Below, in pieces: positions 49,401-57,489 of a stretch of 64,000 nucleotides of DNA. Source of the DNA: Camelus ferus (lineage: Eukaryota). How positions within the stretch are numbered: the first letter of the stretch is position 1; each line of letters starts with the position of its first letter. The stretch lies in contig NC_045699.1 of assembly GCF_009834535.1 (NCBI RefSeq), forward strand, positions 10,354,001 through 10,418,000, given 5' to 3'. The position numbers and the translations under genes are program-made. The notes beneath the pieces were generated by a model, which ran no database searches, was not told the DNA's origin, and worked only from the letters and a program-made list of their open reading frames with translations.

Positions 49401-52400
49401 GGTTTGGAGGCTGGTCTCCTGTCTTACCCTTTTCCTCCCTTTTTGGGCCTTGCTTTGCCCAACTGGGTGTCTCTCCTTCACCCACCTAGCAGCCCTTGAA
49501 GCCCTTCCTGATACCCATTTCTGGCGCCTGGGCAGGATTCTGGGAACTCAGGCTCTTCAGGGCTTTCTGCCAGGTTTTGCCCTTCCTGCCTCGGTGGTTC
49601 TTTTTGTGCAGGCATAGGGCCGGGTGAGCCCTTCTTGGTAGGCCCTGGGGGCCTGCAAAGTGTCACCAGGTTCTGGAGCAAAGGCCTCTCCTGTTGACCA
49701 CCCGTTACTTCCAGGTTAGACTAGCTGAGAAGCCCAGTTACCCCAGAGGGCTCCTGCGTGGGCTGGGCTGCCCGGGGGTCGGCTCTCTTGAGACTCCTTG
49801 CCTTTCTGTGAGGTGATGCTCTGTGCTCATCTCTGACGTAAGGTTTACTGGGGGTTTTGTGCCTTGTTTCACATACCAAAGCAAGAGCAACTTTAAAGAT
49901 TTTTAGGAGGGTCTTTGGTCATGAATCTCAAATTTAATGTCTTGGTACGCAGCTTATGAGTTGTGTCCCAATGGCCTGCTCTGGCTGTAGTGTGAGGGGC
50001 CACAGTGAGCGCCCAGGTCCGTCTGGAGACTGTGGGCCCCCATGCCAGGCTGGTTCTCTTGCACTCTCGTGCTTTGCCCCCAGATCCATGTGTCCTGGCT
50101 TTTTTGTTTTGCCAGCATGCCAGCGTGGAGAGCGCCCCTCCCCTCCAGTCCTCAGCCACCTTCACGGCAGCAACCTCTGCCTCGAGTGCCACGTCCTCAG
50201 GGCTCAGCCTGCCGAGCAGCATGAACGCAGTGAACAGCCTCTGCCTGGGCGGTACCGCCGTGAGTGCCCCCAGCAGCAGTGCCAGGGCCACGCCCTTGGT
50301 GACCTCAGGTGTGTGCCCCAGAGGCCTTTCCTGCTTCCCCAGCCCCTTGAAGGTGCAGCTCGGCCCCCCAGGGAGGAGGGCGAGGTGGGTCCATGGGCAT
50401 CGGAAGATCAGTCTCCCTCCGGCTCTGCCATTGCTCGCTTGTCCTCTTTGTTCCACTGGCCTCTTGAGGCCCGGTCCTTCCAGTGCTGACGTGGGGGTGG
50501 GTGGAGCCAGTCGGGGTGATTCTGAAGTCAGTTTCTGAGGGGGCTGCTCCCCTCGGGCAGGACTCCTGGCAGCCTTGGTGCTTGTAGCTCCCCACTCTTG
50601 TGTCCTGGCTCATCCCTGGAGCTGAGATGACGGAGCAGCCACCATGGGCTCCTTCTGGTCACTGGTGTGACTGCCTGTTAGCCAGACCTGGGCAGTCTGT
50701 GTGCGCCAAGCTGACTGTGCTTTGGTAAAACTGCTGACCTGCCTTTGACGCAGCCCGTCCCTCTTCGGGCACCAGCCTGCCCGCCTTGTTCTGAGGGGCA
50801 CATTGTTCCCACTGTTCAGGTTTGCTTGGTGCAGTGTGACCTTCAGGAGTGGGCGGGGCTGGTGTTTCATGTCACAGGGGCATGGAACCCTTTGACGACA
50901 CGGCCTGAATGTGGTGGCATGTGCTTTTGGTCTCCCCATCCCCAGCATGGCCTCTCTCAGCTGCTTCTGCCCCTCCAGACCGTGGCTGCTTCTGGGGCAG
51001 CACCGTGACAGTGAGCTCAACACCCCCGTCTGTCCCCACAGTAGCTGAGGGACCTCACTCTTGTGCTCACTTCACTCCGTTTGATTTTTATCTTTACAGG
51101 CAAAGCACCCCCTAACCTGCCGCAGGGGGTGCCTCCCCTGCTGCACAACCAGTACCTCGTGGGCCCCGGAGGACTGCTTCCCGCCTACCCGGTGAGCATG
51201 TGCGGGGCTCCTGGGCTCGGGCGGGCGCCTGGCAGGACCTGGTGGGCCTGGGGTTGCGGCAGTCCCTTCCGCAAGCCCGCTGCCACCCGGAGCCCTGGCG
51301 TTTCTCTGTCCAGACTCCGTCAGGGCGGGGTGTCTTCCCACAGCAGCCTGACTAGGGCCCCTGCCTGAATGTATCCTCTGCCCCCAGCCTGGTTTTAGGC
51401 CCCCACGTGGGCTTGGACTTCCTGGGGGATGGTGTATGGTCCCTAACAGTCGTTTGGTCCTCGTGCAGATCTATGGCTACGATGAGCTCCAGATGCTGCA
51501 GTCACGGCTGCCAGTGGTGAGTGGGGTTTGAGGGGGGGAGGTTCGGGCACCTTCCCGAGTCCCACTCCCATGGCCTGGACCACCGCCCTGCCTGGCCTCA
51601 GGACACTCAGCCTGAGGACTTCCCTCAGCACCGCTTCCATTTGGTGGTTGTGCCTGGTGCGACTGTAGCCTGGGGATGCGCGTGTCCTGTGCCCCTGCCT
51701 AGGGGACGTGAAGACCACTGTGACCTGGGCCCCCAGTAGGCAGCGCCCCTACTCAGTGCGGGTCCTTCTCTTCCCTCACCCCCAACTTTGTTTTTAAAAA
51801 AGAAAAAACCATGTAACACAAGATGTGGGGTTGTTTGCTGCCCCAGGAACTTTTTATAACGTCTTCTTCCCCAAGAACTCTCTGGTTGCTGCAGCCTAAC
51901 TCAGAGGCCGGGGTTGCCTCTTTATTTAGGCCCTTGCTTCCCGGACGAAGCCTTCCCTGGGCTGGCCGCGTGGACAGGCTCACGGTGCAGGACAGGTGCA
52001 GAAGGAGGCTCCTGACTGCCGCTCCCTTCTTGTCCAGCGTTTCCCAGGCTCCCAGTAATTTTGAGCAGACCAGGGCATCTGTCACATTGTCAGGGACTGG
52101 ATGTCTGCTCCACTGGCTATGGTCTTTTCTCTTCCCCAAAGCTTTCTCCCCTGTGAGGTGTCTGTCTTCAGACTCCTCTCCTTGGTGTTGCCCCTCCTGG
52201 GTGGGCCACAAGAGGGTTCAGGGAGCCGCAGACACCACCTTCACCTCCTAGGCTCAGTGGTTGAAGCTCGTGTCTCTCAGGAAGATGCTTTCCCACCTCC
52301 TGGAATATTTCCAGAGGCTGGTACCTGGGCAGCTCTCCGCACAGTGTGCGAACCAGCAGCCAATCACACTGCTGCTCAGGGGCCTGCAGGATGCTCCAGC

Positions 52401-55369
52401 TGCTGCCCACGTCTCTGGGGGGCTCTAGCAAGGATATTGAGGACGTGATGGCAGATTTCTAGGGTGGTCACCAGAATTCAGGGTCTCTGGGGATGCCTTA
52501 GCCTTAGGGCTTTGCAGGGAAACTAGAAGTGGCCCTGGTCCCCCGACACTCATGAGACCTCCCAGCCACCGGGTGCAGGAGCTCAGAGATGGGATGCAGG
52601 AGACGGTCCTGAATGAGTCTGCATGTGGGTGCTGCTCAGGCCTCTAGGAGGGGCTCAGTGAGATCCCAGTCCTGCGAATCATCCTGCTTCGTATTCCCTT
52701 TATCACTTTGTGCCTTAGAAGAAATCACCTCTGAGCCTGCCTGCCCTTTGAGGTAGATTTCTTTCATTGTCCCCTTTGGTCATTTCGGCCTTTGGATTTT
52801 CTTCTGTGAAAGAGCTCCCCCTCCTGGGCTTCCTCCAGGCCTGTCTCCAGTTGTGTTCCTAATAATTGTGCTTTCCTAGCCCTGCCTCTTGGGGTTCTTG
52901 GTTGAGGATGTTATGGCTTTCTTGGCGATTAGCTGGAGATGAGGCCAAAGGAAGGTATACATGCCATTCCTAGACACTGTTAACCACGAGGAAAGCAGGA
53001 GGGCTCAGGGCCCCAGGGTGTAGTATGTCCAGGACTGGCAAAGCCCTGAGTGCTGAGGGAGGATCAGGGCAGGCCTCCCCTTCTCCGCAGTTTTGCCCTT
53101 TGGCATCCACACTTCCTGTGGCTCCTGTGTCAGTGTTGCCAGGGCAGAGTGGGTGGCGAGAGGCTAGTTCCTGCCCTGACCCGAGTGCTTCCTGCACCTG
53201 TACCTACCTGGTATCGCTGCCCTTACTCCTGTTAAACCATTTAGGCTCCTCCTGCCCTTTCATAGGTTTCTACTTGTCTAGTCAACTTTCCTAGCTGCCC
53301 TTGAGAATCCTTCTCCCTGGAGAAGCCAGTAGAGTTGGTTTGGCCGGTGGCATTCACCAGCATCCTTCTGCGGTGTGAAATGGACGTGTTTGATTGGGCC
53401 TCCAATGGCTCTGCCTGGGGAAGGCTGAGGGGCTGGTTAGTTTTGTCTGCGTTCGTGTGGCTGCCACATGGCTCAGCTCTGAAGGGCACCACTTGTTTTG
53501 AGTTCTCCGAGTGCTGCCCTCTGGAGGTGCACGTGTGATATCCCCGCAGCCGGAGCAGAGCGCCTGGGCTCCCTGCAGGGGAGGGGTGGGGCAAGGCCGT
53601 TCTGCTGACTGGGCGTCTCTCGTCTCTCCTAGGATTACTATGGGATTCCTTTTGCTACACCCACAGCCCTTGCCAGTCGAGATGGGAGCCTCACTAATAA
53701 CCCATATTCAGGTTAGTCTTGTTCAGGGGGTTAGGAAAGCGGGGCATCCAGTTGGCCTGTAGTTCATCCCGAGTCTGGCAACAGAAGCAGACAGGCTGCC
53801 AAAACCTGCCAGCTTCCTGTTGTTGAGCTGGCCCCCAGACCTGTTCCTGTTTGCAGGGGCCAGTCTGGCTTTTTTCTGGTTGGATATGGGGCAGTGATTG
53901 GATTCAGTGCTCCTCTTCTCCTAGGTGATGTCACGAAGTTTGGCCGAGGTGACTCTGCCTCCCCTGCGCCCCCCACCACACTGGCTCAGCCACAGCAGAG
54001 CCAGTCGCAGGCCCACCACACAGCCCAGCAGCCCTTTCTGAATCCTGCGCTGCCACCTGGCTACAGCTACACTGGCCTCCCCTACTACACAGGCATGCCC
54101 AGTGCCTTCCAGTACGGGCCCACCATGTTTGTGAGTAACGAGGGGGATGTTACTCCAGCTCCAGCGAGCAGAAGCAGGGAGGGAAGGACAGGTCCCCACT
54201 CAGTCTCTCTCCTGGCCTCGAGGAATGAGTCAGGCTGGGAGTGAAGTTACCTTCCCCTCTTTTAGATTCTAGTGTGTGTTGTTGCGCTAATGAAGACAGG
54301 TCCCTAGTGGGTGTGTCACCTGCTGCCTAAGGCTAAGCTGGGGGTACGTGACCTGCTCCCCCTGCTCTGTTCCTCCACTAATGCCTCTCCTGCTTGCCCC
54401 CCACCAGGTCCCTTCAGCCTCAGCCAAGCAGCATGGTGTGAGCCTTAACACCCCCACCACCCCCTTCCAGCAGGCCAGTGGTTACGGCCAGCACAGCTAC
54501 AGCGCAGGTGAGGGGTGCTCCGGGCACAGAGGTGCGAGTGGAACAGACTTGCCTAGCTTACACATGCTCTTGTCCCCTGCCTGCCAGGTTATGACGACCT
54601 GACCCAGGGGACAGCAGCGGGAGACTACACCAAGGGTGGCTACGGTGGATCATCGCAGGCACAAAACAAGTCTGCAGGTTCTGGGCCTGGCAAAGGTAGC
54701 GTCTGCCCCTCCTTTCCAGGACTGAGGCCCAGAGGAGTCATCTCCTACCCTGCCTACTCCTCAGGCGAGGCTACCCCAGAGTGCCCCTGGAGGTGGGGGA
54801 GGCTGGAGCTGGGACCAGCTGCAGTGGGAACAACTGCTTTTCCTCCTAGGAGTGTCCGCATCTTCAAGCACCAGTGGTCTCCCTGATATGACTGGTTCTG
54901 TCTACAACAAGACCCAGGTGAGGGAGGACGGATGCTGGTGGGTAGGCTGGTTGGGAGATGCTGCCAAGCGGGCCTTCACTGTTGTCTCTCTGACCTGCAG
55001 ACTTTTGACAAGCAGGGATTTCATGCAGGGACCCCTCCACCGTTCAGCTTGCCCTCGGCCTTGGGCTCCACCGGGCCCCTGGCTCCTGGCGCAGCTCCTG
55101 GTTATGCGCCCCCACCGTTCTTGCACATCCTGCCTGCCCACCAGCAGCCTCACTCACAGCTGTTACACCACCACCTGCCGCAGGACGCTCAGGTGAGCGC
55201 AGTGGTGGAGGCAGCCACCCTGCCCTGGGCTGGGGGCTCTGCTTCAGCCCTGACAGCCTTCTCTCCTCCTCAGAGTGGCTCCGGTCAGCGCAGCCAGCCC
55301 AGCTCCCTGCAGCCCAAGCCGCAAGCCTCCAAACCTGCCTACGGCAACTCTCCATACTGGACAAACTGA
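900..55369 (+). CDS. UBAP2: UBAP2 (ubiquitin-associated protein 2), 27 coding exons joined; 5' exons lie upstream of the window
   Basis: The exons listed below splice in one continuous frame: 3306 nt = 1101 aa + TGA at 55367-55369. All junction phases match. The peptide matches recalled human UBAP2 from ATAEQMRLAQ to YGNSPYWTN: UBA domain, RGG region, EEWTTEDWTED motif, QFGALEFG motif, S/P/Q-rich tail. Confidence 0.98.
1337..1445 (+). mobile_element. tRNA-derived SINE (Vic-1-like), internally deleted
   Basis: ggagggtatagctcaagtggtagagcacgtgcttagcatcctgggttcaatccccagtacctc...aaacctaattaccccc. Confidence 0.9.
2276..2386 (+). CDS. UBAP2: UBAP2 exon (111 nt), UBA domain core LMEVTGKNQDECIVALHDCNGDINKAINILLEGNSDT
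   Basis: aacag|CTT...ACA|gtaagt; phase 0-0. Confidence 0.97.
4321..4455. repeat. Compound (TA)n/(CA)n microsatellite
   Basis: Interrupted TA runs at 4326-4412 followed by (AC)18 at 4420-4455. Confidence 0.95.
6776..6929 (+). CDS. UBAP2: UBAP2 exon (154 nt) TSWETVGGKKKNFGKE...RGRGNNNRKGRGGNRGRE
   Basis: ggtag|ACT...GAG T|gtaagt; phase 0-1. Confidence 0.97.
8592..8669 (+). CDS. UBAP2: UBAP2 exon (78 nt) FRGEENGIDCSQGDKPSDRGKRARGR
   Basis: ccttag|TT...AGA G|gtaaga; phase 1-1. Confidence 0.97.
11590..14230 (-). mobile_element. Old L1M 3' fragments (approx. 11590-12400 and 13800-14230)
   Basis: Antisense L1 3' UTR motifs such as ctaatctactttctgtctctatagacttgcctgttctggacat. Confidence 0.65.
14381..14471 (+). 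mobile_element. tRNA-derived SINE (Vic-1-like) with 15-bp TSD
   Basis: TSD gaaagctttcttctt at 14366-14380 and 14472-14486. Confidence 0.88.
14645..14985 (-). mobile_element. Relatively young L1 3' end fragment
   Basis: ttgaagtatagtcagtttacaatgttgtgtcaatttctggtgtacagc... is the L1 3' UTR terminus read antisense; related copies at ~5385-5445, ~26445-26650, 22378-22484 and 47627-47864. Confidence 0.8.
15150..16050 (-). mobile_element. Old L1M fragment spanning an N gap
   Basis: ggccatttgtgtatcttttttggagaaatgtctattt and ttttcttctaagagttgtatagttttag are typical antisense L1 ORF2 3' sequence. Confidence 0.8.
15227..15394. other. Assembly gap (168 N)
   Basis: Run of N. Confidence 1.
16578..16632 (+). 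CDS. UBAP2: UBAP2 exon (55 nt), RG-rich GFGRGRGRGTGRFSTQGMG
   Basis: poly-T...gaaag|GA...ATG GG|gtaagt; phase 1-2. Confidence 0.96.
16811..17035. mobile_element. MER20 (hAT) DNA transposon
   Basis: ggatgtttagcaacatccctggcctc...gtgacaatcaaaaatgtctccagac...ccagttgaaaaccattg resembles recalled MER20. Confidence 0.85.
18191..18294 (+). CDS. UBAP2: UBAP2 exon (104 nt) TFNPADYSDSPSIDGCGTKSVVWEAAQNGADEGT
   Basis: ccaag|G ACA...ACT G|gtaagt; phase 2-1. Confidence 0.96.
19172..19332 (+). pseudogene. U1 snRNA retropseudogene (3'-truncated, A-tailed)
   Basis: Starts ATACTTACCTG and follows U1 through the Sm site AATTTGTGG, ending near U1 nt 149 in an A11 tail. Target-site duplication aaagattctttgtc (19158-19171) / aaagatgctttgtc (19334-19347). 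Confidence 0.95.
20451..20598 (+). mobile_element. tRNA-derived SINE (Vic-1-like), near full length, with 12-bp TSD
   Basis: A/B-box head; TSD ttgagaggttga at 20439-20450 and 20599-20610. Confidence 0.92.
22378..22484 (+). mobile_element. Severely 5'-truncated L1 tail with 13-bp TSD
   Basis: cacaacattgtaaactgactgtacttcaataaaaa plus A-rich tail; TSD gaaacctgacttt at 22365-22377 and 22485-22497. Confidence 0.85.
22928..22993 (+). CDS. UBAP2: UBAP2 exon (66 nt) ELAANPPIVAQDLSNKSSYGPK
   Basis: ccacag|AA...AAG G|gtaatg; phase 1-1. Confidence 0.95.
26024..26076 (+). CDS. UBAP2: UBAP2 exon (53 nt) GAWKNSVEEWTTEDWTED
   Basis: taacag|GG...GAT|gtaagt; phase 1-0. Confidence 0.97.
27550..27740 (+). 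mobile_element. MIR SINE remnant
   Basis: ctttctgagcctcctatttttcatcctaaaatt...ataataactgtcctgcct matches the MIR core. Confidence 0.6.
29295..29362 (+). CDS. UBAP2: UBAP2 exon (68 nt) LSETKVFTSSSVPAENHGTPGQS
   Basis: atgtag|CTT...CAA AG|gtaaac; phase 0-2. Confidence 0.96.
29806..29920 (+). mobile_element. tRNA-derived SINE (Vic-1-like), 5'-truncated, with 19-bp TSD
   Basis: TSD aatctactagtctttcaga at 29787-29805 and 29921-29939. Confidence 0.92.
30336..30501 (+). mobile_element. tRNA-derived SINE (Vic-1-like) with a (CCTA)n tail microsatellite
   Basis: SINE head; (CCTA) run ~30451-30483; flanking aagtaga on both sides. Confidence 0.88.
31661..31850 (+). CDS. UBAP2: UBAP2 exon (190 nt) VDLVALLQKP...YSPQSL
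   Basis: gcttag|T GTT...CTG|gtaact; phase 2-0. Confidence 0.97.
31965..32045 (+). ncRNA. SNORD121A: Box C/D snoRNA SNORD121A
   Basis: 10-bp terminal stem tccagaaaac/gttttctgga; C box ATGATGT 31976-31982; D' CTGA 32003-32006; D CTGA 32032-32035. The guide ccaagcacatat is complementary to 28S rRNA GTATGTGCTTGG. SNORD121A/B are known UBAP2 intronic snoRNAs; the A/B assignment follows the recalled human order. Confidence 0.92.
33184..33420. mobile_element. MER5A-like DNA transposon
   Basis: gcagtggttcttaacc...atcagtcagaatctttgggagtggga...ttttaaactgcccc. Confidence 0.7.
34689..34902 (+). CDS. UBAP2: UBAP2 exon (214 nt) SSVLGSGFGEL...SSVLSHF
   Basis: ttaaag|TCA...TTT G|gtaagt; phase 0-1. Confidence 0.97.
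35560..35883. mobile_element. MER21-like solo LTR fragment
   Basis: cagaaggaaagcaagtgttcagcataaacc...aaacttttttctgcaca resembles the recalled MER21 family end. Confidence 0.5.
36018..36213. mobile_element. MER58A-like DNA transposon
   Basis: gttggcaaac...ggaacacagccac...gcctaaaatatttactgtctggtcttttgcagaaaaagattgccaac. Confidence 0.8.
37562..37839 (+). CDS. UBAP2: UBAP2 exon (278 nt) DFKSQPEPSP...RRIPPASK
   Basis: tcacag|AC...AAG|gtgggt; phase 1-0. Confidence 0.97.
38420..38589 (+). CDS. UBAP2: UBAP2 exon (170 nt) IPASAVEMPGSADVTGLNVQFGALEFGSEP..., containing the FG motif homologous to the G3BP-binding segment of UBAP2L
   Basis: tttcag|ATC...TTA AG|gtacgt; phase 0-2. The G3BP-binding role comes from established knowledge of UBAP2L. 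Confidence 0.97.
38690..39290 (-). mobile_element. Old L1M 3' fragment
   Basis: ttgccttttctggacatttcatataattgg...ttgggttgcttccactttttggctgttatgaat. Confidence 0.75.
39653..39866 (+). CDS. UBAP2: UBAP2 exon (214 nt) DSLNTSLPMTS...QSAPGTAP, ending at a GC donor
   Basis: ttgtag|T GAT...CCG|gcaagt; phase 2-0 matches the next exon. Confidence 0.9.
42613..42649 (+). CDS. UBAP2: UBAP2 exon (37 nt) NGHGSRSQQAID
   Basis: ttgcag|AAT...GAC A|gtaagt; phase 0-1. Confidence 0.95.
43981..44052 (+). ncRNA. SNORD121B: Box C/D snoRNA SNORD121B
   Basis: Stem aaagacag 43982-43989 / ctgtcttt 44044-44051; C box GTGATGC 43989-43995; guide ttccaagcacgtat then D' CTGA 44015-44018; D CTGA 44038-44041; paralogous to the 31965 copy. 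Confidence 0.88.
44459..44642 (+). CDS. UBAP2: UBAP2 exon (184 nt; 166 nt if the acceptor at 44477 is used) TTSSVPAPKTADPP...PLSQLS
   Basis: ttacag|CT...AGC AG|gtatgg; phase 1-2; two in-frame acceptors. Confidence 0.92.
45459..45528 (+). CDS. UBAP2: UBAP2 exon (70 nt) SLSSHQSSLPSAHAALSSSTAHT
   Basis: ttctag|C TCC...ACA|gtaagt; phase 2-0. Confidence 0.96.
45867..46001 (-). mobile_element. tRNA-derived SINE (Vic-1-like)
   Basis: Reverse-complement head; degenerate TSD caggattggttttatt / caggacttgttttatt. Confidence 0.88.
47520..48135 (+). mobile_element. Tigger1-like DNA transposon 3' fragment (interrupted by an L1 tail)
   Basis: gagaattaccaacatgtgacac...tgctgttggaagaacggtgccgac...gggttgtcacagaccttgactttgt resembles the recalled Tigger1 end; boundaries approximate. 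Confidence 0.7.
47627..47864 (+). mobile_element. L1 3' end with 16-bp TSD, inserted into a Tigger1 fragment
   Basis: TSD aaaaatacattattag at 47611-47626 and 47865-47880. Confidence 0.88.
50116..50308 (+). CDS. UBAP2: UBAP2 exon (193 nt) HASVESAPP...TPLVTS
   Basis: tgccag|CAT...TCA G|gtgtgt; phase 0-1. Confidence 0.96.
51100..51191 (+). CDS. UBAP2: UBAP2 exon (92 nt) GKAPPNLPQGVPPLLHNQYLVGPGGLLPAYP
   Basis: ttacag|GC...CCG|gtgagc; phase 1-0. Confidence 0.97.
51469..51516 (+). CDS. UBAP2: UBAP2 exon (48 nt) IYGYDELQMLQSRLPV
   Basis: gtgcag|ATC...GTG|gtgagt; phase 0-0. Confidence 0.97.
53633..53711 (+). CDS. UBAP2: UBAP2 exon (79 nt) DYYGIPFATPTALASRDGSLTNNPYS
   Basis: tcctag|GAT...TCA G|gttagt; phase 0-1. 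Confidence 0.97.
53925..54130 (+). CDS. UBAP2: UBAP2 exon (206 nt) GDVTKFGRGDS...YGPTMF
   Basis: tcctag|GT...TTT|gtgagt; phase 1-0. Confidence 0.97.
54408..54507 (+). CDS. UBAP2: UBAP2 exon (100 nt) VPSASAKQHG...QHSYSA
   Basis: caccag|GTC...GCA G|gtgagg; phase 0-1. Confidence 0.97.
54588..54695 (+). CDS. UBAP2: UBAP2 exon (108 nt) GYDDLTQGTAAGDY...GSGPGK
   Basis: tgccag|GT...AAA G|gtagcg; phase 1-1. Confidence 0.97.
54850..54917 (+). CDS. UBAP2: UBAP2 exon (68 nt) GVSASSSTSGLPDMTGSVYNKTQ
   Basis: tcctag|GA...CAG|gtgagg; phase 1-0. Confidence 0.97.
55001..55192 (+). CDS. UBAP2: UBAP2 exon (192 nt) TFDKQGFHAG...LPQDAQ
   Basis: ctgcag|ACT...CAG|gtgagc; phase 0-0. Confidence 0.97.
55274..55369 (+). 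CDS. UBAP2: UBAP2 last coding exon SGSGQRSQPSSLQPKPQASKPAYGNSPYWTN*
   Basis: cctcag|AGT...AAC TGA. Confidence 0.97.
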   Translation, partial: SGSGQRSQPSSLQPKPQASKPAYGNSPYWTN

Positions 55370-56230
55370 GCCCCGAAGAGGGGTGGGCTGGGGTGGGGCT
55401 TACTCTGGGCAGGAGAGAACACACGGAGCCCATTTCTCTAGGAGCCCGGCGCCCTTTCCTAGAGTTCCTGAGACATGTAACTGTGTCAGCCGAGCCTCTG
55501 TGGGGAGCCTGCCTCCCAGACTCGCTGTTGTATGTAGTGTATTTATGTATGTATTTGTAAATGTGATAGAAGTCTTGGGGGAGTGGGGGTGCCGCTGCTA
55601 CTCTTAGCCAGCTGCCAGCTGTCCCCACTCAAACCCCTTCTCGCTGTAGCAGAGTAAGCCCCTCCCTCCCTTCTGCCTCCAGGCCTTCTACACAGTCCTC
55701 TCAGCGGGCAGCGTCTGGGAGGGCTGGTTTAAGGCAGTCTGGGTACTGGGGTCAGGTACCAATGAAGAATCACGACTTATCTCGCTCCCTTGTAAACCAC
55801 TACTTGAGTTTTCTTCCCCGTGTGATTACTTTATCCATCTCTTTTTGAGAAACTGGTCCTTTTGTCATGCTCCCCCTCTGCCAGATCTTGCTCTGGGAAT
55901 AGCAGAGATATCACCCCCCGCCCACCATAAAAGTGACACCTGTTTGTCTTCAAATAGAGCAGGGGCTTCTGCTTCTGGTCTGGTCTTGTCCCCAGAGACT
56001 TACTTTCTTCTGGCTGACCATTTTTAAAATAATCTGAATTTGCGCTCAGAGATACTCAGCCAGTCAGCTCCCATTTAAAAAAAAAAACTGAAGATATGCT
56101 TTCATTTCAATGAGAGCATGTCTCCAAGCAAAGGCTCCTCTATTTTGGTCGTCCTAAACCAGGTGGGCGACTTTCAGAGGTTTTCTCTTTTGCCCAACTC
56201 CACCTAATAAAATTCTGAGAGCATGCTCGG
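55370..56230 (+). other. UBAP2: UBAP2 3' UTR (end approximate)
   Basis: Runs from the stop to AATAAA at 56206-56211, which is followed by GU-rich tctgtgtggtgtg near 56232-56244. Confidence 0.75.
56206..56211 (+). terminator. UBAP2 polyadenylation signal AATAAA
   Basis: Canonical hexamer with a downstream GU-rich element. Confidence 0.75.
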
Positions 56231-57489
56231 TCTCTGTGTGGTGTGACTGAGGGATGGCCCAGGGCACAGGCCACCTGCCTCTGGTTCCTGGGACCCTGGT
56301 CTTCACAGGGCTAAAGTAGAGCTCACGTGGTCCGTCTTCTGATGACAGGCTGTGAGAACTTCAGTTGGTATCTCTTGCTTTGCTGGGCCCAAACAGCATC
56401 CAGGGAAGGAAAAGGTAAGTGATGCAGCTGAAAAAGAAAGCTACTCCTCCTGACAGGGCACAGGCAGTGTTTATCAAAGTTACCTTTGCTTTTCTTGTGA
56501 CTCTGTAACAGACTTAGGGGACAAAGCAGTCTCTCACGGGGGCCTGTCAGCAGGAATGTTAGGGCAGGGCATGCTCTTTTCCAAAGGAACAAAGATAAGA
56601 ACTAAGAACAGTTTTAGGCTTGTAAGAAAGAGAATAAGCTTGAGCAGCTAAACCTGTCCTTTGCTCTTCATCAACCAGATGCAATCTTGACTGACAGCCA
56701 TGGGCTCTGGTGGAACAGATGGCTAGTGAGTCAGGGCGGCGTGAAGCTGGTAAGTGGGTCCCGGGCTAAATAACTGCTCCAGAAAGTCCCAAGGAATTAA
56801 CTCACCGGGGGCCAGGGGCCAGGATTCTGACTCCCCCTGTGCTAGTCCGGCTCCTCCCTCTTGAATCCAGGCCACCAGAAACAACCAGGGCCATGAACTC
56901 TCCCTGTGTGTTGGCCTCAGGTGTTGTCTGAGGCATTAGAGCGTCTCATTTCAAGAACCAGCCTAGGGGTACAGTCTTCGCCTTTTCTTTTTTAACCTTG
57001 GTCCATGGTCATGTGCTGCTATAAAGCCACAGCTTGGGATCCAGACTTTTAAAAAAGATGGGTGTACACAACTGAAACTGAAAATTAAATTACATGGTCT
57101 CACACCTGATCCCTGCTTTTTAGCAGCAGGAAGTTAGATGACAAGCGACAATAATAACAGAAAACTTGCCTAAGGAGGGCAGTAGAGCACCCACCCCCTC
57201 CTTCACTTCACCGACCTACTTGTATTAGCAGATTGTGCCCTATTTCAGAATTAAGGTTATTAACAAATGCCTTTGTTTTTAATAACCCTTCTTAAAGGCA
57301 AGTAAGGATTTGGGGATGTTTATTCTGTTAGGAGGTAAGCTGAGCAGAATGTCATAAAAGGCAGGTCAGCAAGATTTGGTTTCTGTTTAAATTTTTCAGC
57401 TGAGCCCTGGGCATAATAAGCAAGGGAACAGGAAATACTAAGACCTTTTAATTTTAACACACAAAAGAAGAGGGTCATCCCATGGGGAA

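Noticed and set aside
46000-53600. Many 100-200 aa ORFs on both strands in the GC-rich introns
   Set aside because: Stop codons are rare at high GC. The peptides are Pro/Gly/Arg/Cys-rich with no recognisable domain, and those with real signal simply overlap UBAP2 exons.
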